Assembly: GCF_009914755.1 (NCBI RefSeq)
Contig: NC_060933.1
Source of the DNA: the human T2T-CHM13v2.0 reference genome, Homo sapiens
Reading direction: 5' to 3' (one strand)
Length of the DNA: 64,000 nt
In this document: piece after piece, positions 1-11,225 of the stretch
Numbering within the stretch: position 1 is the first letter of the stretch
Layout of the letters: the number at the start of each line of letters is the position of its first letter
Notes under the pieces: generated by a model
Seen by the model: the letters and a program-made list of their open reading frames with translations, nothing else
Told to the model about the DNA's origin: nothing
Databases searched by the model: none
Translations under genes and position numbers: made by a program

Positions 1-366
1 CATCCTCATGAGACTCTTAAACCCCCTCCTGACCTTCAGAGATGTTTATCATCAGAGATGGGTTATGGAAGTGATCCTATAGAACCTGAGAGATTGCTTA
101 ACTCAAACTCTGCTTCTACATTAGAGGTAAGAAAAGCCAAGAATATTGAGTTTCTTGCGGGTCTCGGTCCCTACTGGGGCAGTATTGTTGACAAATACTG
201 GTGGCAGTATTGTTGAGAATAAAGGAGTGAGCATTTATCTAGAATAATATTTGGCAATTTTAATAGACAGTAACATATTTCAGGCTACATTTATCACTAG
301 GATGATTTTCTAGACATGACTTGTAATCTTTTCCTTTTCTTCTTGCTTTCTTCTCTTTTCTTTCCC

Positions 367-422
367 TTCCTTCCTTCCTTCCTTCCTTCCTTCCTTCCTT
401 CCTTCCTTCCTTCCTTCCTTCC
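367..422. repeat. (TTCC)14 / (GGAA)14 microsatellite in Alu-tail region
   Basis: Perfect TTCC units 367-422, followed by three TTCT units. Confidence 0.95.
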
Positions 423-435
423 TTCTTTCTTTCTC

Positions 436-745
436 CTTTTCTTTTCTTTTCTTTTCTTTTCTTTTCTTTTCTTTTCTTTTCTTTTCTTTTCTTTTCTTTT
501 CTTTTCTTTTCTTTTCTTTTCTTTTCTTTTCTTTTCTTTTCTTTTCTTTTCTTTTCTTTTCTTTTCTTTTCTTTTCTTTTCTTTTCTTTTCTTTTCTTTT
601 CTTTTCTTTTCTTTTCTTTTCTTTTCTTTTCTTTTCTTTTCTTTTCTTTTCTTTTCTTTTCTTTTCTTTTCTTTTCTTTTCTTTTCTTTTCTTTTCTTTT
701 CTTTTCTTTTCTTTTCTTTTCTTTTCTTTTCTTTTCTTTTCTTTT
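436..745. repeat. Pure (CTTTT)62 / (AAAAG)62 pentanucleotide array derived from Alu poly(A) tail
   Basis: 310 bp of uninterrupted CTTTT directly abutting the 3' end of the minus-strand Alu. Confidence 0.97.
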
Positions 746-753
746 CTTCTTTC

Positions 754-1032
754 GAGATGGGATTTCACTCTTGTTGCCCGGGCTGGAGTGCAATGGCATG
801 ATCTCAGCTCACTTCAACCTCCGCTCCCGGGTTCCAGTGTTTCTCCTGCATCAGCCTCCTGAGTAGCTGGGATTACAGGCATGTGCCATCATGCCTGGCT
901 TATTTTGTATTTTTAGTAGAGATGAGGTTTCTCCATGTTGGTCAAGCTGGTCTTGAACTCCCGACCTCAGGTGATTCACCCGCCTCGGCCTCCCAAAGTG
1001 CTGGGATTACAGGCATGAGCCACTGTGCCTGG
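754..1032 (-). mobile_element. Alu (AluSp-like)
   Basis: Full dimeric Alu reverse complement with ...cttgttgccc..., tttctccatgttggtc and gacctcaggtgat diagnostics. Candidate TSD tgacttgtaatcttt (317-331) vs tgatttctaatcttt (1033-1047), 13/15 match. Confidence 0.95.
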
Positions 1033-1489
1033 TGATTTCTAATCTTTTTATAGCATTCTTCTTATAGAGAGTGTGGAGTCAGATACTAGAAACAATAGTT
1101 GAGGAATACTGAGTGATGAATCCAATAAAGTTCAGATCCTTTAACAAGTGCATTCTAAAATACTGGCAAAGTATGTAACATATAAAAACATAGTGGTTAT
1201 CATGGGCTTCCCTCTCAGACCACCTACAAGGAAGATGTCCAAATAAACATGTTCTCCTTTCAATGGCCCTTTGAATAAAAATATTCTGTGTTATTTGAAT
1301 AAATTGAGGTTGCTTTTCAGACTCTTAAGAGCACTGGTTACCTCTTTTCTAATACATTGCCTGTATGGCTGTGACCTTCTGGAAACCAGGAAACACTGGC
1401 AATCTACAGGGTTAGTGGTAGAATTTATATTTAAGATATGGGGTGATCACAGTAGAATGTTGTGCGGGAAGTTAAAAGAATTACCATTA

Positions 1490-1715
1490 CTTATACGTCT
1501 ACCAAGTCCATGTGACAGACATTGTGCTAAACATTTCAGGTAGTCACAAATTCTCATGGCGCGCAATCCTTTGGAGATTGTCATTTCTATGTTACTGGTA
1601 AGAAATTGAGACTCAGAGATGTAAAAGAATCCTCGCTGGAAGAATAATTTAGAGTATGAGTTCAGGGTTCAAGCTCATGTCTTGTGTGGTTCCAAACCCT
1701 ATACATTTTACTGCC
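1490..1715 (-). mobile_element. MIR fragment
   Basis: Degenerate MIR core (gaaattgagactcagagatgtaa; cattgtgctaaacattt). Confidence 0.65.
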
Positions 1716-4700
1716 TCTCAACAACAACTTGCTGGGATAACACAGAAAATTATCTCTTGGAATTTGATAAGTCAAAATATGAAGGCCAATACAGATTACT
1801 TGATTTATGGTTTAAATTAGCATATCTCTGCTCAGATTTTTTTTTTATTCCCTTGGCTAGATGATCTCATTTTTAGAGGATTTCCCAAAAGATTTTCACA
1901 TGCTGAGGTCTGAAGGCAAGTGAGCTAATGGGATTAAATTAACTCTAGATAGTAAAGTTGAAAACTAAAGGGGCTAAAAAATTTGGCAGAGAAGTGGCAA
2001 GGTATGAGAACAAACTGTGCTTCAAGAAAAGATATGCATTATAGATATTTTCCAGTCAATGATCCATACCTTCACTTAGACAGTTCAAAGAGTATCCTCT
2101 GACACATTACTGAATAATTCAATGGCACATTACTTTAACCCAGACTTAGAGGTCCATCTATCATTTTTATCATTGTCTCACCCTTCCAGCTTAAATTTCA
2201 ATCAGGTTTTTAGAATGAGAGAAAAAAAATGGCTTTTGGATAGTCTTAGAAAGGCTGGAAAAAGGCAAGTCACTTATTAAGACAGATAGAACTTGTAATT
2301 GAAAGAATACATATATCCCATGTAAAAGGAATAACAAGGAAGGAAATCTCAGTCTCATGGAGTAAACAGTAGAAAGATAACACAATGTGCTAATGGTAAA
2401 CCCAGAGGTACACATCGAGGTTTATGAGAAAACAGAGCAGTACTAGCTAAGTTTAGAGAAATTTTTATAGAAAGGCTGGATCCAGGAGATTAGAGACAGT
2501 AATTAATATATCATGATGAGTGAGAATCCAATAGTGTTCAGGAACCTTTAGGGGGAACACTCTAAAAGTACTGATGGTGAAATGTATAACATAAGAAAAT
2601 AACCACAATTATCATGGGATAGCACTTTGAATTTCGTAAATGTAAAATATTTGAGCTTTGGGAAAGAAGAGCTGTCTGGAAATTGATTAATAATGTAATG
2701 ATCACATTACTTAATTAAAATAATAATGCCTGTGTCTGGAAAGCAAAAGGCTAACACCCAAACCCTAGAATAATTAAGTTAGTATATGGTTTGGCTTGGC
2801 AGGAAGAGCTATGATTTATAGTCAGCACAAATCTGCAGACTAGCTAGCTAAACTCTGTTTAAAATAGTATGAGACAAATAATGGCACATACATTCATAAT
2901 ATTTTTACCAACTACATAATGACTCATTTGTAGTTGTAACATAGATATTCATGGGTAGTTGTTTTTATACTAAAACACTAGCAATTAGAGAGTCCCTCCT
3001 TTAAGGGCTAGAATCAGTTGTTTGGTACCATTTGGCCTTTGTTACAAATCACATAAGGTACTGAGGTTTGAAATTTGAAGAACAAGTTTCATAAAGAGCA
3101 AGATTTTTACAGAAATTCTCCCTCATCCCATGGTAGATCTGATTTCTCAGATTTATTAACAAAAATAATGAATCCTTATCCTCAAGCTTCTTACAGCCAT
3201 TTTTCTGATGGATTATTTATGCCATTGAGCTCTGCTCTATTACCCATCCCTACCTATCACTTCACAGGATTCCTTAAAAGTTTGGCAAATAATTTAGATA
3301 CCTTTTATAGTCACATGCAGTTAACTACATTCCTGACTGTAATCTGAGATCAAGAAGCCATTACTTGACATTTGGCCATGTTATAAGCTATATTTCTAGG
3401 TAGTGTAATAATCGTATTTGAAATAATTACTATATACCAGACATTCCACATGTAGAATAAGTTTAATTTTCTATATACCTCCCCATTTATATTCCATTGT
3501 CATTAAGCTAATTTATTTCCTCATATTTCACTTATCCTTTAGGAATAGTCATAAGGGTGGGTAAATTATAGGGTAGACTAGAAGATTTACAATGAATCTT
3601 TAACAGGAAATGAACTAAAAAGCTAAACACATCAAGGCGATTGTGGGAAGAATGAGGGGAGGAGGGTAGCGGAAGCAGAAGATATGTGTCACAGCTTATT
3701 TTCTCTCTATACTAGAAATGTTGAGTTAAATCCTCATATTCCATGAGCTTTTGCCCTGTTCCCTTTAAGGGCTTTTACAGAATAGGTTAATAGAAAGGGC
3801 TCGTGAGACGATGTCAGTTCCTATGTGGCATGGAATGTCTTAAGATGCTTTCACTGGGTGCTGGGGAAGGATGTACAACTCAACTCAGGATCTGACTGGC
3901 ACCTTTGCTGGCATATCACCAAGGCTTCAGGTAAAGGGACCCTGTGTAACAGCCGGAGAGCAGACCTGGTACCAGGGTCAGGAAAGGAAGTGGAGTCTGC
4001 AGCAAGCGTCAGGGCCTTGTTGGGCCAAATCATTAGGAAAGACCACCAGTTACTGATGCAACTGAGAGAAAACAGGTTGAAAGTGCCCCATGTGCAGAGT
4101 TTCTCAACAAATACTATAAATAGATTTAGGAATGGTATTAGGTAAAGTTACATCTTCACCTTGGAAGATACCAACACACTGTCAAAAACTAAAACACACG
4201 TTAGTGGAGAAATTTACTGCACAATTTACTGAGAGGATAAAAAATCAGGAGTTTTTAAACCCCTCTCTAGAAGGAGAGGGAGTCCATGGTGGTTATATTT
4301 ACTACATTTTCACACGCTAGATAGGAAGGATTGAGTCCATGACTGGACTTGTAGTTGGTTAAAACAAGCCTGGATTTTGGTGATTATGAATTTGTTTTAA
4401 CCTGGCTCAAGAAGGTCTAGGGTCCCAGAGTTACTCAGACTTCATAGTTTCTTAACAATTTCGGGAGGTTAAAGCTAGCTGGCATGAAACATAACAGTTT
4501 TGATATGTTGTAGGCAAACGCTACTGTAAGTGAAAAACTTTCTTCTACATGAGACACATCCAAGACAATGACCCCTCAACCACACAGTGCCATGAGGTAA
4601 CATCAGCTCCTACCTCCCCATTCTTACATCCTGTTTGGAAAGAAACAAGAGGAAAAATGTGAAAGAATGATTCTTCCAAAAGAAATGGAGTTATCTAAAA

Positions 4701-4899
4701 AAAGTGTTTAAATTATTTGGTGAGATTAGGCTTATTATATTATGCTAATATTGCTTTTTATTTTTTACCCAAGGAGGTGAAAAGATGTTCAGAGAAAGCT
4801 AAGACCAATAGACTATGAGGAAGCTATGTCTCTTTCGTGTATCTGAGAGCAGTGTGAAAAAATGTGTGACCTTGCAACATAAATGTCATATTTTATTCT

Positions 4900-5055
4900 C
4901 AAGACAAGCTTGCATGACTATTTCCATTTTATAAAATACAAGCCTGATGTTTGGAGCCATTAAAGGACTTGTCCAAGGTCACACACTTAGTCGGATAAAG
5001 ATTTGGGGGTTGTAACACAAATTTGTCTGCCTTCAAATCCATGTTCTTTCTAAAA
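4900..5055 (-). mobile_element. MIR fragment
   Basis: ccattttata...gacttgtccaaggtcacacacttag...tgtctgccttcaaatccatgttcttt. Confidence 0.7.
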
Positions 5056-5499
5056 CACCAAAATTTCTTTTCTGAAGAGAGTTAATCCAAGGTCACATCA
5101 TCATTGCCTCAGAGTAGCAAGAATAGGTACTCTTATGAAATTATATTTGAAAAAAATAGAAAGATGTTGTGTTCTTTTCATTCAATTATTTAAAAATTAT
5201 GGAGTCTGTAATTCAACCATCTTTTAGTTTTCTCCCCATAGCCAATTCTTTTCTCCATTCCTCCCAATTATTTCTATAGAGGAATTGCCTGTTGATTAAA
5301 GTACCTAATTTCTTTAATGACACATATAAAAGATACAGATGTTAACCTAGTTCGCCATAAATAAATACCAGGTACATGCAGAATTTCTCCTTTCCTACCT
5401 TCAAAAGGAATAAAAACACAATAATAAAACCAATAATGAGAACCCAGTAGCCAATAAGAAGTAATTTCATTGAACAAAAAGTCTATGTCAAATAGTGTT

Positions 5500-5650
5500 T
5501 TATAATTCTTACATGCATGATCTTATAAAAATCTCTATTCTAAAAGGCTGGTCCTATTTTACCCATTTAGAGATGAGAGAACTGAGACTGAGTGGTTAAG
5601 TATTTTCAACCAGACCATAGAGCTCTCTGGCAGTAGAGCATGGATTTGTA
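5500..5650 (-). mobile_element. MIR fragment
   Basis: cccatttagagatgagagaactgagactgagtggttaagta core. Confidence 0.65.
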
Positions 5651-6229
5651 TAGTTTTGAATGATTCCCTATTTATTTTCTTTAAACCATCAAATTCTCAG
5701 TTTTTGGTAGCCAAGAGGAAAAAATGTACCCTTTCCCTGTACGTAATGAACTGGCTTATTTCTGATAAACTTATACTTAGTAGGTGAGACATTGTGGACT
5801 AATATATGGCACTAGATTCAATTTTAATTCTGATCCTTGTAGGAAAAGATCACTTTGCAGTGTGTAGAGTCAAGGGGTTGAACTCTTAGTGGAATTTGAA
5901 CTTAATGGTTACTACCCTTCAAGAACTAATTTTATTGTTAACTTTTTTTTACATTATACAACTTTTCTTTAGTATAAAATTTTGCATTTGGACCTTTATT
6001 TGCAGACTTGTATTTGTCATCTTGTTTTGCAGTATTAATTAGGATAGTTTTCTCTTGATTCTTTCTAATATGCTAAGTAAGTATTTTCTGTGTAATACAA
6101 CCTGTCTTCAAACTACACCTGTAGGTGTTGGCTTATCTATAAGATCATTGGAAATTTAATCAAATTTCATTATATCTTGCAGTGTCTTCTGAAAAATGAC
6201 CTCAACAAAATTTGCTATCTACCTATTTA

Positions 6230-6400
6230 CTAACATAAATGAGGAAACCAAAAAGGTCAACGGTGAGGCAGGAAGGTTTCAGTTCAGTGGAGAAAAGAAA
6301 ATCTTGATGAAATGTCATTAACTTCCATATTTGGAATAAGCTATAAAAGGTGTGGAATCTCCATTCTTTCAATCCGCAGTCAGTGTTGGGCAGTCCTCCC
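6230..6400 (+). mobile_element. Possible CR1/L3 fragment
   Basis: Weak similarity to the L3 3' region (aggtttcagttcagt...tggaataag...gtggaatctccatt). Confidence 0.3.
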
Positions 6401-7979
6401 TCAAGGTTTGGGCTTTACTGAATTGGAAGTCCTCCTAGCTGACATAGCTGTTACAATATTTAGAGTATTTAGAGAATGATACCATGAGAAGTTTCTGATT
6501 TATATTATTTTTTAAATTTAATGAAAGTATAACAGCAGATATTATATATATGTATAATTTTTTTGAAAAATGAAAATTCTGGTACTACATACACTAGATG
6601 AAAAAGGAATTTGTCTAGTTCTACACATTATCAAGTCATTTTTTGCCTAAACACATTCACCAAGATGGATTCTAAAAAACACTACAAATCAGTTTTTTTA
6701 AGTGGTAAGAGGTATATTTTCTAGAAAAATATAAAATGGTTTCCAATTGTAGCTATTTAAGAATTTCACCATAAATACTTCATCAAATTCTTTTGCTCTG
6801 TGATGATTTAAGACCTTGACAAAGTATACATTGACCACTTTTTATTTTTGCCAAGTTTAGCTCTATGTCTGAAGGGCAGATGCGATAAATTGGTCATACA
6901 TTATCTCATTTGCAGTCTGAGTTTTATGAGCTCCCATAAAACAATTACCATATACACATTTTACAATAAATGAGCAAACAAAGCGGCTGCAAACAATATG
7001 GAAAAGTCAATAATTAATTTCAGATTTCCAAATGTAACAGAGACAAGGGAGCTTTCTCTTCTTCTCAAAAGGGAAGGTTTCTTTGTTAGGAATATGCAAG
7101 CATGTTAATTCATTACTGTGTGGTTTCTCTTTTTCCAAAGCTTGTCGAAGGTCTAATTTATGTGCAAGACTGAAAGCTGTTTAAACGGATAATATGCCTC
7201 CTTCATGAGAAATACCACCCCTTTATGCTCCATTAAGTTCAGACGTTGACTCTATAAGCTACGTACCAATTATTTCTTTCCAGAAACAGCAACGTAGTTT
7301 TTTTCTGCAAGGGACAACAGATTATTGTAGGCGGCTATTAATCTCCACATAGTTCACAAAATACACAGGACACTAGGGAGAAAACAATCACGTTGCTATT
7401 TTAACATTTGCAAAATGCTATGTGGAGAGGAAATAAAAAGAAGATGCTTGTCTGATTGCAACACTCCTTTATTATTTCAAATCTCCCAAAGATAGAAAAA
7501 CTCTTAATAATGACCTGCTGATGTTGAAGCATCTCTGTGATAGACACAGAAATGAGTCTTTATCTGGTTGATCTTTGTTTTCTCCAACATGTATGGCTGA
7601 CAACTGCACAATCCAACTGCATGAGACGGTTGGATGTGAGAGTGAGCAAAAATGCCTATTAAAATGCTAAAATAAATTCTTATACAACAACAGCATTGTT
7701 GAGTGCAATGATAATGGAACAATTCGCAGAGTAAAAACCAGAAAAATATACCACTACTTCAGTATAACCTGCTGTAGGTTAGAATTTAATATGATGGCAC
7801 TGAATTATTTTTAGGGGAGTGAATTACCCTAAGTAGCAGAGCTGTTTACAAAACTATTGACACTGATACTAGCCCATGTATCAAAATCCAAGGATTATTT
7901 TAATAATGAGAAGTCAATATCTTATTGTTAAAAATGTATGACTTTATCCAGTCAAAAGTATGTAAGTGCCTACATTTAA

Positions 7980-8100
7980 CTTACATCCAACAAGTATTTA
8001 TTGAGCACTTATTATTTGTCAGAAACCATGCTAAGTAGCAACAATAGAAAGAAGATGGGAGAGAAATACCTCTGCTACGGCATGCAATCAAGTGGAAGGC
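7980..8100 (-). mobile_element. L2 3' end fragment
   Basis: catccaacaagtatttattgagcacttattat...ccatgctaag. Confidence 0.65.
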
Positions 8101-8168
8101 TGATATTTTAATCTAAACTTTTTTTAATGTATTGAGGTGGCTTTTTCCCCCAAGCATTCATTTTTGTT

Positions 8169-8200
<32 letters not shown>

Positions 8201-8209
8201 GCACACACA
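8169..8209. repeat. (CA)n microsatellite
   Basis: AC repeats with two GCAC interruptions. Confidence 0.95.
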
Positions 8210-8599
8210 GATTATGTATATGCATATATATGCATATATTTATTTTAAAAAATTAACAGTCTTTATGTTTCTGAATGGGAATTTTGCTCCATTCCAAACA
8301 AATAGGGAAAGTTTTGGCTGAGTTGGTCCACACATCAAAGGGTGACTTAAGTCAGTTAATACATTCTATTTCTCCAGAAACTGCATCAAGAATGGGTATG
8401 TAAGGCAATCACAGCCCATGAGATACTGGCAAATATTAATGGAAGCTTTCGGGAAAACAAACAAAAATCCACACTGTCTCCTTTGTAGGAGTTACCAGAG
8501 AAAACTCTGACTGTTTTCCCAAACCTCCTTATGTGAAAATGTGAACACTAAAGCCGCCACTGCCAGAGGCATGTTGGGGCTCCCCTTATCTGTGGTTTA

Positions 8600-8755
8600 T
8601 GACGGCTGATTTGACAATCAATTCTGCACGTGGTAGCTTGAAACTGACCATGGTAGAAGAATTTACATCTCAGAAATTGCAGATGATACAAATAAAGGGT
8701 CTTTAAGTTTTTTCTTCCCTTTTTTTAAGGGAGGTGCAGATAGCCAGCTTACTCT
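8600..8755 (-). mobile_element. MER63-like hAT-Blackjack fragment, apparently inside a degraded LTR (~8300-8920)
   Basis: gtggtagcttgaaactgaccatggtag...atttaca...aaattgc is the reverse complement of the element at 20437-20623. Confidence 0.55.
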
Positions 8756-9679
8756 GAGTCCATAGTGTGGAGTCATATGGAAACTTAGTGTGAGACCAGC
8801 AGAGAGTCATGAGAAATTAGGTCTTGATACCGTAAGTTGAACTACCAGATCAAGCTTTAGTAGAAACCTGCCCTAGGTCTGGAGTTTTCATTTAATGTGA
8901 GCATATAACTTCTTCAAAAAATAAACAGTTTCATGAACAATGTACATTATTTTTTGAAGGTAGAATACTAAAATTGGCATTACTTCAAGAGAATTCTTAA
9001 AAGCAAATTGAGGTTACAGAAAAAGACAGTATGTGTACTGGGAATCTTAAGAGAACAATTGACAGTTTTGAAAATGTAAATCTGCCTCTCAAGATACATC
9101 TGGTGGACAGGCACTTAGGGGGTTGATAATTTGGAAAAAGCAGTTTAGTTGTTGAAGGCATGTGTTGCCTACAGTGGTAAAGGTTAAGTTGTTAAAATGT
9201 GGTATTGACCTGTGCACTGATTCCAATTATAAAATTTACTCCAGTCAAATTTGCAGTGTACATTCCAGTAAAATTAAGTGTTGCCCCAGTAAAATTTGTA
9301 AATCCACATATGCCATTCTACAGGAATAACTAGCTAACTAGCCACTGAGCTTATGAACAGAGACAAAATAGAAGAAAATTCCAAAATAACAGTGTGGTCA
9401 AATTAGAATTTCTGTTTTAATTAACGGGGAAGTAGTGGAGGCATATAATGCTATTGAGGCAGAAATAAAAGTGTAGTGGGTCTTAACACCAAAGAAATAA
9501 ATTCTACAATATTTTATCTAATGTATTCAATGTCAAAAGGAAAGGAATTATACTTAAATTATGATACAACCATAAATTATTAATGGAGAAATATTGGTCC
9601 ACATTTTAAAGCTAATTTTTATACAAATATACTGACAATATTAAGAAAGCTTGATCTTAATAATTTAATAAACTCCTGA

Positions 9680-9860
9680 CAGGTTTTGAGCACCTTTGTA
9701 AGTACTATGCTTTCTAATTTTCATGAAATCTCCATGGACAAGGGTCTGATCTACTCCATTTATTAAGTAGGAAACTGAACTTCCAGAAGGAAATGTTACT
9801 TTTTCAAGCTTATATGTCCTATGAGGGCAAAAGTTTGGGTCCAACTCTAATGCCTATACT
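9680..9860 (-). mobile_element. MIR fragment
   Basis: ctccatttattaagtaggaaactgaacttccagaagg core. Confidence 0.55.
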
Positions 9861-10309
9861 TTGCTGAATTAGATCACATCAATTATACATTTTGATGCAT
9901 ATTTCATCTTAGCCCAATCAAATCAAAGTGAGATAAAAATTAAAGAAAAAACATATTTTAAGTTTTGTTTAGATAAAAGAAAACATGAATCAGTGGGCAA
10001 GCCATGGGACAGTTGAACTAACTCTCACACATATCGAAGTAGAGTTCTAAAACAGCATTTGATGATAATGGTTAGCATAAATCTGGAAGCTGTTCCTCTG
10101 ACCTGAATAGGTGCTTAGAGAATATTAGCAAGCTAGAGAAAGGCCTAAATATGTGTCCAGACTCATCCAATCTTTCAGGTGTGGGAAAATTGAGTTTTTT
10201 ATTAAGGTGAAATAACCAATGTCTATCTCACAGCATCAAACAAATGACTTAGAGAGACAAAGGAATTTGGAAAAACAGCTTTGTCTGTCCCATCAAAATA
10301 GCTAGTCTT

Positions 10310-10515
10310 TTAAAGTAATAACTGTGTAACCTTGGGGAAGTTAGTTACCCTTTAGAAACCTAAGGTTTTGCAACTGAGACATGGGAAAAAATATATACAC
10401 ATACACATTATAAGGTTCTTGTGAGGGTTAAATGAGATGATAATATGTTACCAAAAAGTACCTTATATTTATTAAATGTAAGCATTCATTAAATGTTAGT
10501 TGTTATTGATGTTAT
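10310..10515 (+). mobile_element. MIR
   Basis: ctgtgtaaccttggggaagttagttacc...ggttcttgtgagggttaaatgagatgata...taaatgttagttgttatt. Confidence 0.75.
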
Positions 10516-10559
10516 TTTTGTTACAAATAAAAGTGTTCTTCCTTTCTCATTTAGTAATT

Positions 10560-10686
10560 ATAAAACATTGCACAATTCACTGGATCTCTTTAAGCCTTAG
10601 TTTATTTATAAAGATGGCTCTCGTATAGTATCATGTTAATCTTTTAACGTTGCTTTGAGGGTTAAACTGTAAAATGCATATAAAAG
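10560..10686 (+). mobile_element. MIR fragment
   Basis: gccttagtttatttataaagatgg...gttgctttgagggttaaa. Confidence 0.5.
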
Positions 10687-10688
10687 TA

Positions 10689-10875
10689 CAATAAGTCCTC
10701 ACTTGATATTGTCAACAAGTTCTTAGAAAATACTTTAAAATCTTTGAATAATATTATTTGTTTCAAAATTGTTTCATTCTAAACTTGAGCAGAAAAAATA
10801 CTGGTTTTATTATGCTTCTTTTGCTTAAAGTCAGTTTCTAAGAACCTATCAACAAAGTTAAGTGAGGACTTACTG
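10689..10875. mobile_element. MER6B-like Tigger MITE
   Basis: TIRs caataagtcctcactt / aagtgaggacttactg with TA on both sides; internal inverted gttcttagaaa / tttctaagaac. Confidence 0.8.
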
Positions 10876-10909
10876 TATTTTAGAAAATATAATAAATTAA
10901 AAGAAGTGA

Positions 10910-11225
10910 TATATTAACATCCTCACTAGAAAAATCCACTGGGTCATCTCACTCCACATCTCGTTAGCCTCTGTAGCATTAGAGAGGAAGACTACCTTTT
11001 GCAAAATAGTATCATTCACTTTTTTCTCAATGCCATTTCTGCACTTCTCTCTGTTCCTGTCTGACCAGCTCTTTTTCATTTTCTTTACAGAATGCAATAT
11101 CTCTTTTTACCTCATAATTGTTAAATGTTCCACAGGGCTCCTCTTAATCCTCTTCTCATTCTACTGAATCTTAACTACTCCTATGACTTTAACGTCTAAA
11201 TCTCTATCTATCGCCTAGCCCTAGA
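10910..11225 (+). mobile_element. L2 fragment
   Basis: Pyrimidine-rich degenerate L2 body (cctctgtagcatt...aatgttccacagggctc...ctctatcta). Confidence 0.55.

Noticed and set aside
260-801. Three 150-180 aa ORFs (KRKEK and FFSFL repeats)
   Set aside because: Stop-free translations of the microsatellite, not genes
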